From IMG/VR virus record IMGVR_UViG_2866360957_000001, positions 15,162-79,161 of that record: DNA of 64,000 nt; one strand, 5' to 3'. Each line of letters opens with the position of its first letter. The first letter of the stretch is position 1. Source of the DNA: a virus. Its lineage: Duplodnaviria > Caudoviricetes. Under the pieces are notes generated by a model, which had not been told where the DNA came from, made no database searches, and saw only the letters and a program-made list of their open reading frames with translations. Shown here piece after piece: positions 18,641-28,481 of the stretch. The position numbers were made by a program, and so were the translations under genes.

Positions 18641-18877
18641 GGCATGCGTGTGCGCCGCTCGTGCTCAAGTCGAGGTGGAGCAGTCGGCATTGTCAGGACA
18701 CAGCCGGGTTGCAGCAGCGCCACAACGCTGCATGTCGCCCGCTCGTGTCGCCACGTTTCTGGACGCGGATTGAGGAAATATGGCCTTAGCCCCTTTCTTT
18801 GGTGCCAGGGACGCGGCATTGCCACATCGTACCTATGGGCCGATTTGAGAAGCGACTTCACATCGCTGAGCCCAGCG

Positions 18878-19447
18878 CTATAATTGAGAATTATCGATAG
18901 CGATATCCGGCCAGATAGCCTGCAATGGGGTAGGCGCCCGAGTAACCACCGGGATATTAGCTTGGCGAGCCGCATGGACTACCGATGCTGCGACTAGAGA
19001 ATAAGGGCCGGCAGGTCGTAGTACATCTGCTATCTCGCGGGCTGTGGTACGTGTCAGGTCGATGCATTGAGTGGTCGGTAGCGACAGGATCAGGTCGATG
19101 ACAGGCGTCATAACCTCCGGAGCTTGGGCCAGTGCGGCAGAAAGTGCAGGTGAGGGGATTATTAGCCGCCCGCCGCTGGCCAAGCTCCGCCATATGATCG
19201 CCTCTACATATTTGGCGCGCCCTGAAGTAAGGTCGATAAGCGAGGTGTAGTCGAGCACGCGGGATGTCACAGGATCGCCATGTGAGTCCGCTAATTCGGC
19301 ATCTCTACCTCTAGCGACAGCAAGTATCTCGGGCGTGGGAATGCCGAATAGGGCCTCTATTCGCTCGCGCCTTTCCTTGCGAACCTCTGATGGAGAGATG
19401 GTCATTGGGCCTATTCTGGCAAATAGATCGTCGTCGCCAGTGTGCAT
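18878..19447 (-). CDS. PIN-domain-like protein with N-terminal extension
   Basis: VLDYTSL...IIPSPAL...IDLT..AREIA...AASVVHAA...PVVT; lower GC than flanks. Confidence 0.55.
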   Translation of the reverse strand: MHTGDDDLFARIGPMTISPSEVRKERRERIEALFGIPTPEILAVARGRDAELADSHGDPVTSRVLDYTSLIDLTSGRAKYVEAIIWRSLASGGRLIIPSPALSAALAQAPEVMTPVIDLILSLPTTQCIDLTRTTAREIADVLRPAGPYSLVAASVVHAARQANIPVVTRAPTPLQAIWPDIAIDNSQL

Positions 19448-19834
19448 AGCGACATCATAGTGTGGCTCGCCTCTGAATGCTGGCCGATGCTGAGATGCTG
19501 TCAGGAGCGTTGAGACAGTCGGAATGACATTGAGGCAGGCAGGGTCGTTTAAGGTGCAGGAGCGGCTGTCGGGCGCGGGGTGTAGTGCCCGCTCCCCTGG
19601 CCAGCTACCAAGCCTGCCACGCGAGAGGCAGGTCGCGGCGGCGCCGCCGGAAATAGGGAGGGGCTTGCTACCCCAGCTAAACGACAGTCCGAAAGCCTGC
19701 TATTGGGGTGACCGATATTTGCCAGTGCAAGGCTATTGCAAAGCCCTTGCGATGCCGCTATCGTCATCCACGATTTGTCCTTACATGCTGCTTGGTGAAC
19801 CACTATCCAAGTAAATGTCTAAAGGAGAAGCCCA

Positions 19835-20125
19835 TTGAGGTTACAGGCAAAGATTGCTGCTGCAATGCTGGTCGCAGCTCTTGCGATCCCAGGCTTTGCG
19901 GCCACACCGGCTTCCGCAGCAGCTCATGATGTTCCTCCGCAGCCCAATGCGACTTACCAAGAATACTGCATGAGTATCCTCGCTCAAGAGGGCTATATCG
20001 TGGGCCCCAAGGTGACGGAGGCATGCTCCCATGCGAATACGTCTACAAGGCTCAGCCAGTGCTACGACCCCCTGCGGGCGCTGGGAGTCACGTCAGCCCA
20101 TGCGAGTAGGGCCTGCTTCCTCTAA
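19835..20125 (+). CDS. Small secreted Cys-containing protein
   Basis: RBS AAGGAG, signal peptide ending ASA-AA, four Cys; hairpin downstream (~20152-20192). Confidence 0.65.
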   Translation: MRLQAKIAAAMLVAALAIPGFAATPASAAAHDVPPQPNATYQEYCMSILAQEGYIVGPKVTEACSHANTSTRLSQCYDPLRALGVTSAHASRACFL

Positions 20126-20405
20126 ACGGCGCTGCCGTCGGGCCATCTAATGGGCGATGCCTCGGCTGTGTCGGAACCAGGCGAGGCATCGCCTCCTTAA
20201 ATTGTGGAGTACGAATTAATTTAGCAAACGCGTGTGCCTACGAAATGCCTGTACGTCCACTCGCCTCCAGATGTTGAGAGGCAGTCATCCATGAGACCGA
20301 ACGCGAAGCAATCTGCTACCCATGGTGGTACCACAGGCGACGGTGGGGAGTGAGGGGCACCGGCCACCGCAGCCAACGGGAATTGTCCTGAGTCATCATG
20401 GAGAT

Positions 20406-20633
20406 ATGGCTGTCGATCTCTGCCCTGAGCTATGGACCGTCGAAGACGCTGCGCGCGAGCTCCACCCCGTGATGACCGTCCAGCAGATCCGGGCGCTCAT
20501 CACCCTGGCCGGCCTCTGCCCGATTGGGAAGAAGCCGCCTGGCCCCTACGGCGGCCGGCCGGCCGCCGTCTACGACGGCGAGCAACTCCGGCACGCCCAT
20601 GCCGTCATCGCGCCACTGTTGATCGCCGCGTGA
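20406..20633 (+). CDS. Small HTH-like DNA-binding protein
   Basis: WTVEDAA..L...QIRALI...GRPAAVYD. Confidence 0.6.
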   Translation: MAVDLCPELWTVEDAARELHPVMTVQQIRALITLAGLCPIGKKPPGPYGGRPAAVYDGEQLRHAHAVIAPLLIAA

Positions 20634-20790
20634 GGTTTGTGACAAACTGCCTGACAGGAGAGGTGTCTCCAGACCTGACTGATGGGCCGGATTCCGTGCC
20701 ATCCGGATCTCCCAGAACTGTCAGACCCCTACGGCAGACTGGCGTGATGACCCCGCCGCGGTTGGCCGACCCAAGGGGAGAGCGACAGGC

Positions 20791-21309
20791 GTGACCCTGC
20801 ATTTTCGCGACCCCAGCCCCTTCGAGCAGGACGAGACGTTTGACCTTGCCGCACGCGATCTGGAGCCGCCGCAGGCCCGGACGCCCTGCGTGCTCGACGA
20901 TGCAGATCCCGAGCGGTGTGGGGGCTGGGCGGAGCCGACCGCGCCGGTCCCGCTGTGCCGGGATCACCTCGTCTTCGTTCGGATGTGGGTCAATGACCGG
21001 TTCAATGACCTGCTGAACAAGCCGTTCGCCCCACGCTCCCGGCCGATGAAGCAGTACGTGTACTTCATCCGCCGAGGCGACCTGATCAAGATCGGGTGGA
21101 CCTCCGACATGGCAACGCGGATGCGGTTCCACAAGCCGGACGCGATCCTGCATTTCGAGCAGGGCGACCAGAAGGACGAATCCGAGCTCCACCGCAAGTT
21201 CGCCCACCTGCGGGTTCCGGCAGTCGATGGATGCCCCGTGCGCGAATGGTTCCGCCCCGGCGACGACTTGATCGCCTACATCGAAGAGCGCAGGCGCCTC
21301 ACCGCCTGA
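20791..21309 (+). CDS. GIY-YIG-like (T5orf172/MUG113-type) protein
   Basis: YVYFIRRGDLIKIGWTSD...E.ELHRKFAHLR...EWF. Confidence 0.8.
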   Translation: MTLHFRDPSPFEQDETFDLAARDLEPPQARTPCVLDDADPERCGGWAEPTAPVPLCRDHLVFVRMWVNDRFNDLLNKPFAPRSRPMKQYVYFIRRGDLIKIGWTSDMATRMRFHKPDAILHFEQGDQKDESELHRKFAHLRVPAVDGCPVREWFRPGDDLIAYIEERRRLTA

Positions 21310-21365
21310 CGGGGCGAGGCAGGCAACTGCGGGACCTGTGTTCGATCGGACTTTCGGGAGGGTTC

Positions 21366-21578
21366 GTGAGTCCAGTAGAACTGGCGAACCGGTTCGCCTA
21401 CCACCCGCCGCTCACTGACCAAAGACGTGCTGCGCACGAGACGGTCCGGGATCTGTGCTGGAAGCTCGCCGTAGAACTTAACGGCATGCTGCCCGAAGGG
21501 CGAGAGAAGGGTCTCGCCATCAAGTCCCTGGAAGAGGCCATGTTCTGGTCGAACGCGGGCCTGGCCCGGCAGGACTGA
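21366..21578 (+). CDS. Acb2/Tad1-like hairpin protein (putative anti-defence signal sponge)
   Basis: NRFAYHPP...HETVR...LPEGREKGLAIKSLEEAMFWSNAGLAR; RBS GGGAGG. Confidence 0.7.
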   Translation: MSPVELANRFAYHPPLTDQRRAAHETVRDLCWKLAVELNGMLPEGREKGLAIKSLEEAMFWSNAGLARQD

Positions 21579-21617
21579 TGCACGCCCCGCCACGGACAGA
21601 CCAAAGGAGAGCTGGCC

Positions 21618-21950
21618 ATGCGCTACGTCCTGATCGGCACCGTCGGCACGTACACCGTCCCCGGCGGCGCGGAACGCTGGAAGATCGACCTCGGCACCCA
21701 GTCGCCGACTCGCGTCCCCCTCGCGGCGCTCCCGAACGGTCTCGGGACGATCACCGGCTGGATCAACTCAGCCGAGACGATCATCAACAGCATCGGGGGC
21801 GAAGTCCTGGTGGACCTCGGCGCGGCGTTGGCCGACTACCACGGCCCCATCGTCATCACGGGGTGGGACGCGGTGGCCGAAGAGGTCCGCGGCCTCAACT
21901 CCGACCAGGCCGCCGCCATCCGCCAGGCGTACGACGACGCCAACGCGTAG
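21618..21950 (+). CDS. Hypothetical protein
   Basis: RBS AAGGAG; typical codon usage. Confidence 0.6.
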   Translation: MRYVLIGTVGTYTVPGGAERWKIDLGTQSPTRVPLAALPNGLGTITGWINSAETIINSIGGEVLVDLGAALADYHGPIVITGWDAVAEEVRGLNSDQAAAIRQAYDDANA

Positions 21951-22051
21951 GGCGCGCGCCGATAACCACCGGCCATGAGGTGCCTGCCGTTCCGCCACCG
22001 CTGGATCCAGCGGTGTGCGCGATGCGGAGCCACCCGCACACGGGTCCGCTG

Positions 22052-22324
22052 ATGTCCCGCAGCAAGGGACGCCAAGGCCGCCCCTACCGCCGGGCCCGCG
22101 CTCAGCTCCTCGCCGAGTCCACGATCTGCTGGATCTGCGGACACGACGGGGCCGACACCGCCGACCACGTCATCCCGCTCAGCCTCGGCGGAGACCCGCT
22201 CGCCCCTGAGAATCTGCGCCCGGCCCACGGCGTCCGGGGCTGTGCGGTATGCGGGCGCAAGTGCAACAGCTCTCGGGGGGCGAAAATGACCCTCCCGGCC
22301 CCGCGCGCATCCCGGGCCTGGTGA
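22052..22324 (+). CDS. HNH endonuclease (packaging-associated)
   Basis: CWICG...ADHVIPLSLGG...NLRPAH...CNSSRG. Confidence 0.85.
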   Translation: MSRSKGRQGRPYRRARAQLLAESTICWICGHDGADTADHVIPLSLGGDPLAPENLRPAHGVRGCAVCGRKCNSSRGAKMTLPAPRASRAW

Positions 22325-22451
22325 CTACTGGGGCGTCGGTATCGGGGCGGACCGGGGCCCTGCACTAGGGGCTCGGTGACGGGGCCCGGAGTGAAGCGGG
22401 GAACGGCTGCATCCAGGGCTACGGGGCCGAGATCAGGGGGCTGGATCGGGG

Positions 22452-22904
22452 ATGGCGCTCTGGGTAGTGACCGGGCCGCCGGCCTCCGGCAAATCCACCT
22501 GGGTGCGCAGCAGAGCCAGGCCAGGTGACATCGTCATCGACTACGACCTACTGGCCACAGCCCTCACAGCGCCTGGCGCTGCACCACACGACTATCCCAA
22601 GGCACTGCGACAAGTCACCTCACGAGCCAGAGCCGCAGCGATCACCGAAGCGCTCAAGCACGCTGCTGGCGTCGATGTGTATGTGATCCATTCACAGCCC
22701 TCGACAGAAGCAGTCAGACGCTACACAGAGCAGACTGACGACCAGACAGAACTCCATCTCATCGTCGTTGACCCAGGTCGCGACGTGGTGATGAGGCGGA
22801 TCGCCGAGCAGCGTCCACCCCAGATGCGTGCCGTCGCAGAGCGTTGGTACAGCAATGCTCACCACACAGAGCAAGCAGCGTCGAGATCGTCCCGAAGCTG
22901 GTGA
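22452..22904 (+). CDS. Small P-loop NTPase (AAA_33-like)
   Basis: VVTGPPASGKSTWV Walker A; IVIDYD. Confidence 0.8.
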   Translation: MALWVVTGPPASGKSTWVRSRARPGDIVIDYDLLATALTAPGAAPHDYPKALRQVTSRARAAAITEALKHAAGVDVYVIHSQPSTEAVRRYTEQTDDQTELHLIVVDPGRDVVMRRIAEQRPPQMRAVAERWYSNAHHTEQAASRSSRSW

Positions 22905-23266
22905 CGCATCGTCACAGCCAACGAGATGTCACACGTTGTGATTACTGTGATGGCGAACACGAAGAGTTATTGCAGGTGAAGCCGGTAGCCCTACGTTTCC
23001 GCAGTTCAGAATGGGTAGGGGGGCGGCTTCGCATCGTGATCATGGACCCGCGGATCACCCGCCCGCCCAGCCTCCCTCGCCCCTCCCCGCTCAAAAAAAC
23101 TTTCGCCGTCACGTTCCGTGATGCGAGCCGGAGCGCCACTCGCTTCCGCTCATCCTCGTCACCGTCCGCTACATCACATCCTGTAGTCGCCCGCCGCTGA
23201 TCCCGGTGGGAAGGAAGCCCCGGCCGCCCCCAGGCGCCGGGGCTTCCGCATGCCTGGGGAGTTCTC

Positions 23267-23893
23267 ATGCCACGTAGGCCGGACACGCCGTGCTCGTCTT
23301 GCGGCAAGCTGCTCTGGTCGGGGACAACATCGCTACCGGCGGGAAGTCGCAAATGCCGACCGTGTCGGCGGGCTGCGAGCAAGGCACCGTGCAGTACATG
23401 CGGGCTGGAGTTCGACGCCTGGACGGGCGGTCATCGAAGGCGGACGTGCTCATCAGCTTGCGAACGTGAGGCTCGCCTGCGTGCTATCACCGAGGCGCGC
23501 CAGGCACCGCGCCCGCTCCGCGAGTGCGAGGACTGCCTAGTTGCAGTGGCCACGTGTGGTGTCGTTGCGCTGTGCGATCGCTGCCGGGTCGTCCGGAAGG
23601 CGCTGCGGGACCGTGAGCACTGGCGGCGGAAGAACCGGCGGCGGCGGGTCGATCTCGCCCGTGTGACGTCGGAGCCGTACACGCTTGTGGAGATCGCCGA
23701 GCGGGATGGTTTCTGCTGTCAGATCTGCCGCGATCCGGTGGACATGAAGCTCGTCTGGCCGAAGCTGTGGGCCCCGACGATCGATCACGTCGTACCGGTG
23801 GTGGCGGGCGGCGATGACACGTTGGCGAACGTGCAGCTCGCGCATTTCGTGTGCAACAGCCGCAAGGGCGCGCGGCTGGAGCTGGCCTCGTGA
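23267..23893 (+). CDS. Cys-rich HNH endonuclease
   Basis: ERDGFCCQIC...TIDHVVPVVAGGDDTLANVQLAHFVCNSRKG. Confidence 0.85.
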   Translation: MPRRPDTPCSSCGKLLWSGTTSLPAGSRKCRPCRRAASKAPCSTCGLEFDAWTGGHRRRTCSSACEREARLRAITEARQAPRPLRECEDCLVAVATCGVVALCDRCRVVRKALRDREHWRRKNRRRRVDLARVTSEPYTLVEIAERDGFCCQICRDPVDMKLVWPKLWAPTIDHVVPVVAGGDDTLANVQLAHFVCNSRKGARLELAS

Positions 23894-24153
23894 CGCGCAG
23901 CGTGCGCGTGGACCTGGTGGCATCGGTCCGTGGGGACCTGCGGCGGCTGGGCGTCGATGCGAAGAGCACGCTAGCGATGGCCGCGCTGGACATCGCGGTA
24001 CGGCTCGGCGTGGACGGCGTGCGCCCGACAGCGGCGGCGATGCTGCACAAGGAGCTGCGCGCGACGCTGGAGGCGCTGGAGCGGGTCGCCGCTGGGCAGC
24101 CGGCCGAGGACGCGATCGACGAGCTGCGGACCCGTCGGGCGAACCGTGCCTGA
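23890..24153 (+). CDS. Terminase small subunit (putative)
   Basis: Directly upstream of TerL; KELRATL...DAIDELRTRR. Confidence 0.7.
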   Translation: MTRSVRVDLVASVRGDLRRLGVDAKSTLAMAALDIAVRLGVDGVRPTAAAMLHKELRATLEALERVAAGQPAEDAIDELRTRRANRA

Positions 24154-25672
24154 GCTGCTCGGCGATCAGACACCGCGGATCCGGTGGGTGCCGGAGTCGT
24201 ACCGGTCATCGGGGGCTGACGCGACGGAGCTCGCCGAGACGGCCGGGCTGCTGCTGGATCCGTGGCAACGCCTGGTGCTCGATGACGCCCTGGGGGAGCG
24301 GCGTGACGGCCGGTGGACTTCGTTCGAGACCGGCCTGGTCGTGGCGCGTCAGAACGGCAAGGGCGCGATCTTCGAGGCCCGGGTGCTCGCTGGCCTGTTC
24401 CTGTTCGACGAGCGGCTGATCATGTACTCGTGCCACGAGTTCAAGAGTGCGCAGGAGTTCTTCCGGCGGATCCGGCTCCTGATCGACGGCAAGGACGAGT
24501 TCCGGCGGCGGGTCCGGAAGATCGTGACGGCGCACGGCGATGAGGGCATCGAGCTCACGACGGGCCAGCGTCTCCGGGTCATCGCCCGCTCGACCGGCAG
24601 CGGCCGGGGCTTCAGTGGCGACCTCAACATCTGGGATGAGGCGTTCAACCTCCCTTCGACCGCCGTTGACGCGCAGATGCCTACCATGTCCGCGCGGCCC
24701 AACCCGCAGGCGTGGTACGGATCATCGGCCGCAGACAAGACCATTGCGCCGTGCGAGCAACTCGCTGCTGTGCGACGCCGGGGCATCGCGGGCGACGATC
24801 CCGCGCTGACGTATCTGGAATGGAGCATCGACCCGCACACCGAGCAGTGCGCGCGCGACGCCGAGGGCACTATCACCTGCATCGACCACGACGACCGCGA
24901 CGACCCGGCAAGCTGGGCGAAGGCGAATCCCAGCCTCGGCATCCGGATCTCGGTCGAGCACGTTCAGCGCGAGTACAACTCGATGTCGCCGACGGGCTTC
25001 GACCGCGAGCGCCTATCGGTGGGGAACTGGCCGACCGACAAGGCGAGTCAGTGGACGGTCATCCCCGAGGCGAAGTGGCGGGCGGTCGCCGACGAGCAGT
25101 CGGAGGCCGAGGGCCGGGTGGCGTTCGCGATCCACGTCAGCCCGGACCGGAGCTGGGCGGCGATCGCCACGGCGGGCCGCCGCGCTGACGGGCTGCTGCA
25201 CCTGGAGGTCGTGGACTACCGGCCGGGCACTCGGTGGGTACCGGACCGCGCCGCGCAGCTTCAAAAGCGGTGGGATCCGGTCGCCTGGGTGGTGGACGCG
25301 GGCGGCCCCGCGGGGTCGCTGATCGCCGATCTTGAGGCGGTGCGGATCGAGGATCCGCAGACCCGCAAGGTCACCACCCTGGAGATCACCAAGCCGACGG
25401 CGCGCGAGGTGGCGCACGCGTTCGGGCAGCTCCTGGACGCTGTGATGCCCGAAGAGGGCGACCCGGGCGCACGTGTCCGGCCACACCCAGCTCTCGACGC
25501 CGCGGTGGCCGGGGCTGCGACGCGGAAGCTCGGCACCGCGCACGCGTGGGACGCCCTGACCACGGCGGTGGACATCTCGTCGCTGGTCGCGGTGACCAGC
25601 GCCGCGTGGGGGTTTGCGACAAAAGGCCATGTCGAGGACGAGGCACCTGAGCCGTGGGTGCAGTTCGGGTGA
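24146..25672 (+). CDS. terL: Terminase large subunit
   Basis: LDPWQ, VARQNGKG, GRGFSGDLNIWDEA and ANPSLG motifs. Confidence 0.93.
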   Translation: MPELLGDQTPRIRWVPESYRSSGADATELAETAGLLLDPWQRLVLDDALGERRDGRWTSFETGLVVARQNGKGAIFEARVLAGLFLFDERLIMYSCHEFKSAQEFFRRIRLLIDGKDEFRRRVRKIVTAHGDEGIELTTGQRLRVIARSTGSGRGFSGDLNIWDEAFNLPSTAVDAQMPTMSARPNPQAWYGSSAADKTIAPCEQLAAVRRRGIAGDDPALTYLEWSIDPHTEQCARDAEGTITCIDHDDRDDPASWAKANPSLGIRISVEHVQREYNSMSPTGFDRERLSVGNWPTDKASQWTVIPEAKWRAVADEQSEAEGRVAFAIHVSPDRSWAAIATAGRRADGLLHLEVVDYRPGTRWVPDRAAQLQKRWDPVAWVVDAGGPAGSLIADLEAVRIEDPQTRKVTTLEITKPTAREVAHAFGQLLDAVMPEEGDPGARVRPHPALDAAVAGAATRKLGTAHAWDALTTAVDISSLVAVTSAAWGFATKGHVEDEAPEPWVQFG

Positions 25673-25682
25673 GGGGGCGGCG

Positions 25683-26143
25683 GTGACCTTGACGATCCCC
25701 GTGGAGCGGATCTCGCATGAGGCCCGGCGGCGCGACGTGCGCGCCGGTCTGCGCAGGCTGGTACGGGCTCTGGCGACGCTTCTGGTGGGCGTCCCGTACG
25801 TGCTCGGCTGGGCGGCCGGTCGGCTGTGGCTCGGTCTGACGATTGCGTGGGTCGCGGCCGGGGAGGGCTGGCGCGAGGGCCGGCGTTCGCATCCGGGCGC
25901 GGGAGGCCGATCCCGATGAGCGAGCGACAGGCCCTGGAGGGCATCGTCGAGGGCCTGGTCGTGCGGTCTGGGGACACGCTGATTTTGCACCTGCCTGCCG
26001 ACATGACGGCGGCGGACATGCAGCGGATCGCGGAGAACGTGAAGGATGGCCTGTGCCAGAAACTGCCTGACGTCGAGATCCTGATGGTGGCGGGCATCGA
26101 GCGGATCGCGGTGTACCGGCCGGGCGAGGACGCGCCGGCCTGA
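25683..26143 (+). CDS. Two small genes (membrane protein 25683-25919; 25916-26143)
   Basis: Coupled ORFs between terminase and portal. Confidence 0.55.
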
Positions 26144-27573
26144 TGGGCCTCCTGGAGCGGGTCTCGGCGCGGCACGCCGAGCGGTTTCGGCGACCCGCCG
26201 CTGAGAATCGGTTCGGCTGGGACGACTACCTCAATCTGTTCGAGCGCAACCCGTTCGGGCTGGGCTGGTTCCAGACGATCACCGGCTCCCAGGAGCGGAT
26301 CGAGGGCCACTTCGAGGGCATCGTCAACCTCGGCTACAAGCGAAGCGGCGTGGTGTTCGCGTGCATCCTCGCGCGCCTCCTGGTCTTCAGCGAGGCGCGG
26401 TTCCAGTGGCGCGGCTTCAACCGCGGTCGGCCGGGGGCGCTGTTCGGCGCCCCGGAGTTGGCGTTGCTGGAGCGGCCGTGGCCGGGGGCGACGACCGGTG
26501 ACCTGCTGGCCCGGATGGAGCAGGACTCGACGCTCGCGGGCGGCTTTTTCGCGACCCGGCGGGGCGGCCGGGGCGGGCAGGACCGGATCGTCCGGATGCG
26601 CCCGGACTGGGTGACCATCGTTCTCGGCTCGTACGAGGACCCGGACTTGCAGGCGTTCGACCTGGACGCCGAGCTGATCGGCTACATCTACCAGCCGCCG
26701 GGCGGGCAGGCGGAGATCCTGCTGCCCGAGGAAGTCTGCCACTACGCGCCGGTGCCGGACCCGATCGCCTCCTACCGCGGCATGTCGCTGCTTCAGTCGG
26801 TGATCCGCGACATCGAGGGCGACCAGGCGGCCACCACCCACAAGCTGCGCTTTTTCGAGCAGGGGGCGACCCCCAACATGGTGGTCACGATGGACTCGGC
26901 GGTGACGCCTGAGGCGTTCGCTCGCTTTAAGGCCGTCATGGAGGCCGGTCACGCCGGGGCGCTCAACGCCTACAAGACCTTGTACCTGGGCGGCGGCGCC
27001 GACGTGAAGACCGTCGGCAACAGCTTCGAGCAGATGAGTTACAAGGCCATCCAGGCGCTGGGGGAGACGCGCGTGGCCGCGGCCATGGGCGTCCCGCCGG
27101 TCATCGTCGGCCTGTCCGAGGGGCTCTCATCTGCCACGTACTCCAACTATTCGCAGGCCAGACGGCGTTTCGGCGACGGTACGTTGCGCCCGCTGTGGCG
27201 TAACGCGGCCGGGTCGCTGGCCAACCTGCTGCCGCCCCGGCCGGGCGCGGAGCTCTGGTACGACGACCGCGATGTGTCCTTCTTGCGGGAGGACCAGAAG
27301 GACGCGGCGCAGATCTTCTCCATCCAGGCGTCTACGATCGCGACGCTCGTCCGCGAAGGTTTTACACCCGAGTCGGCGACGGCGGCCTGCGCCGCCCAGG
27401 ATTCCAGCCTGCTGGTGCACACCGGCCTGCTCAGCGTGCAGCTTCAGCCGCCCGGTACGAAATTCAACCAGCCGAACGGCTCCGGCCAGTCCGACGAGAC
27501 CGAAGACGACCCCGAGGACGATGCCGCAGACGACGAAGGCACCGGCCCCGACGAGGAGGAAGAGCAGCCGTGA
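26143..27573 (+). CDS. Portal protein (HK97-type)
   Basis: VFACI, GMS.L, FFEQGATP, VAAAMGVPP.IVG...ATYSN. Confidence 0.92.
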   Translation: MGLLERVSARHAERFRRPAAENRFGWDDYLNLFERNPFGLGWFQTITGSQERIEGHFEGIVNLGYKRSGVVFACILARLLVFSEARFQWRGFNRGRPGALFGAPELALLERPWPGATTGDLLARMEQDSTLAGGFFATRRGGRGGQDRIVRMRPDWVTIVLGSYEDPDLQAFDLDAELIGYIYQPPGGQAEILLPEEVCHYAPVPDPIASYRGMSLLQSVIRDIEGDQAATTHKLRFFEQGATPNMVVTMDSAVTPEAFARFKAVMEAGHAGALNAYKTLYLGGGADVKTVGNSFEQMSYKAIQALGETRVAAAMGVPPVIVGLSEGLSSATYSNYSQARRRFGDGTLRPLWRNAAGSLANLLPPRPGAELWYDDRDVSFLREDQKDAAQIFSIQASTIATLVREGFTPESATAACAAQDSSLLVHTGLLSVQLQPPGTKFNQPNGSGQSDETEDDPEDDAADDEGTGPDEEEEQP

Positions 27574-28481
27574 AGCATCTGATCACCGTGCGGGCGAACG
27601 CCGCGCCCGTCAGCCTCCATCCGCGGGCCGCCGCAGAACCCGAAGGACTGGACTCCACTCCCGCCGCCGAGGCCCGCGCTGAGAGCACGGGGGAGCAGGT
27701 CATGGTGTTGCGCTTCTCGGCGTTCGGCGTGTGGTACGAGATCAACTCCTGGTACGAGGGCCGCTATCTGGAGCGCGTCCTGCCCGGCGCGTTCGCCAAG
27801 ACCATTCAGGAGCGCGGCGACCGGGTGAAGATCTTCTTCAACCACGGCTACGACTACCAGATCGACCAGAAGATCCTCGGCGTGCCCGAGCTGCTGGAGG
27901 AGCGCACCGACGGCGTGTGGGCCGAGGTCCCGCTGCTCGACACCTCCTACAACCGCGACCTGATCCCGGGCCTGCGCGCCGGCGGGTATGGCAGCAGCTT
28001 CATGTTCAACGTGCTGGACGAGCTGTGGAATCACGAGCCCGGCGAGTCCGAGCACAACCCGGAGGGCCTGCCCGAGCGCAGCATCCTTCAGGTCCGTCTC
28101 TTCGAGGCCGGGCCGGTCACCTGGCCGGCGTCGCACGCGGCGACCGCCGGGATGAGGTCCGTCGCCGGGCTCACCGACTGGTACGGCGAGCAGCTCCGCA
28201 CCCGCGACTCGGGCCGCCACGACGCGCTCGTGCGCGGCTTCACCGACTTCCGTGCCCAGCACGGACTCCGCACCTCCGAAAGCGAGGCCGTCCCGCCCGC
28301 CGCCGACCCGCAGCAGGTCGCCGACGAACGGCAGGACACCGCGCCGGACGAGGCCGCGACCACCCCGACCGACGCGCCGGACACCCTGGTAGTGCACCAC
28401 GCGGCAGGTCTCACCCATTCGCAGCGCGCCGCCCGACTGCGGGCGCAGCGCTATTCGTTCCTGACCAGGGAGGCGTCCTGA
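27570..28481 (+). CDS. HK97-family prohead protease
   Basis: ERVLPGAFAKTI, FNHG, SSFMF, LFEAGPVTWPA. Confidence 0.9.
   Translation: MKHLITVRANAAPVSLHPRAAAEPEGLDSTPAAEARAESTGEQVMVLRFSAFGVWYEINSWYEGRYLERVLPGAFAKTIQERGDRVKIFFNHGYDYQIDQKILGVPELLEERTDGVWAEVPLLDTSYNRDLIPGLRAGGYGSSFMFNVLDELWNHEPGESEHNPEGLPERSILQVRLFEAGPVTWPASHAATAGMRSVAGLTDWYGEQLRTRDSGRHDALVRGFTDFRAQHGLRTSESEAVPPAADPQQVADERQDTAPDEAATTPTDAPDTLVVHHAAGLTHSQRAARLRAQRYSFLTREAS

Noticed and set aside
27731-28480. 737-aa capsid ORF starting at 27731
   Set aside because: The extension overlaps the protease gene in another frame; the real start is ATG 28481 with RBS GGAGG
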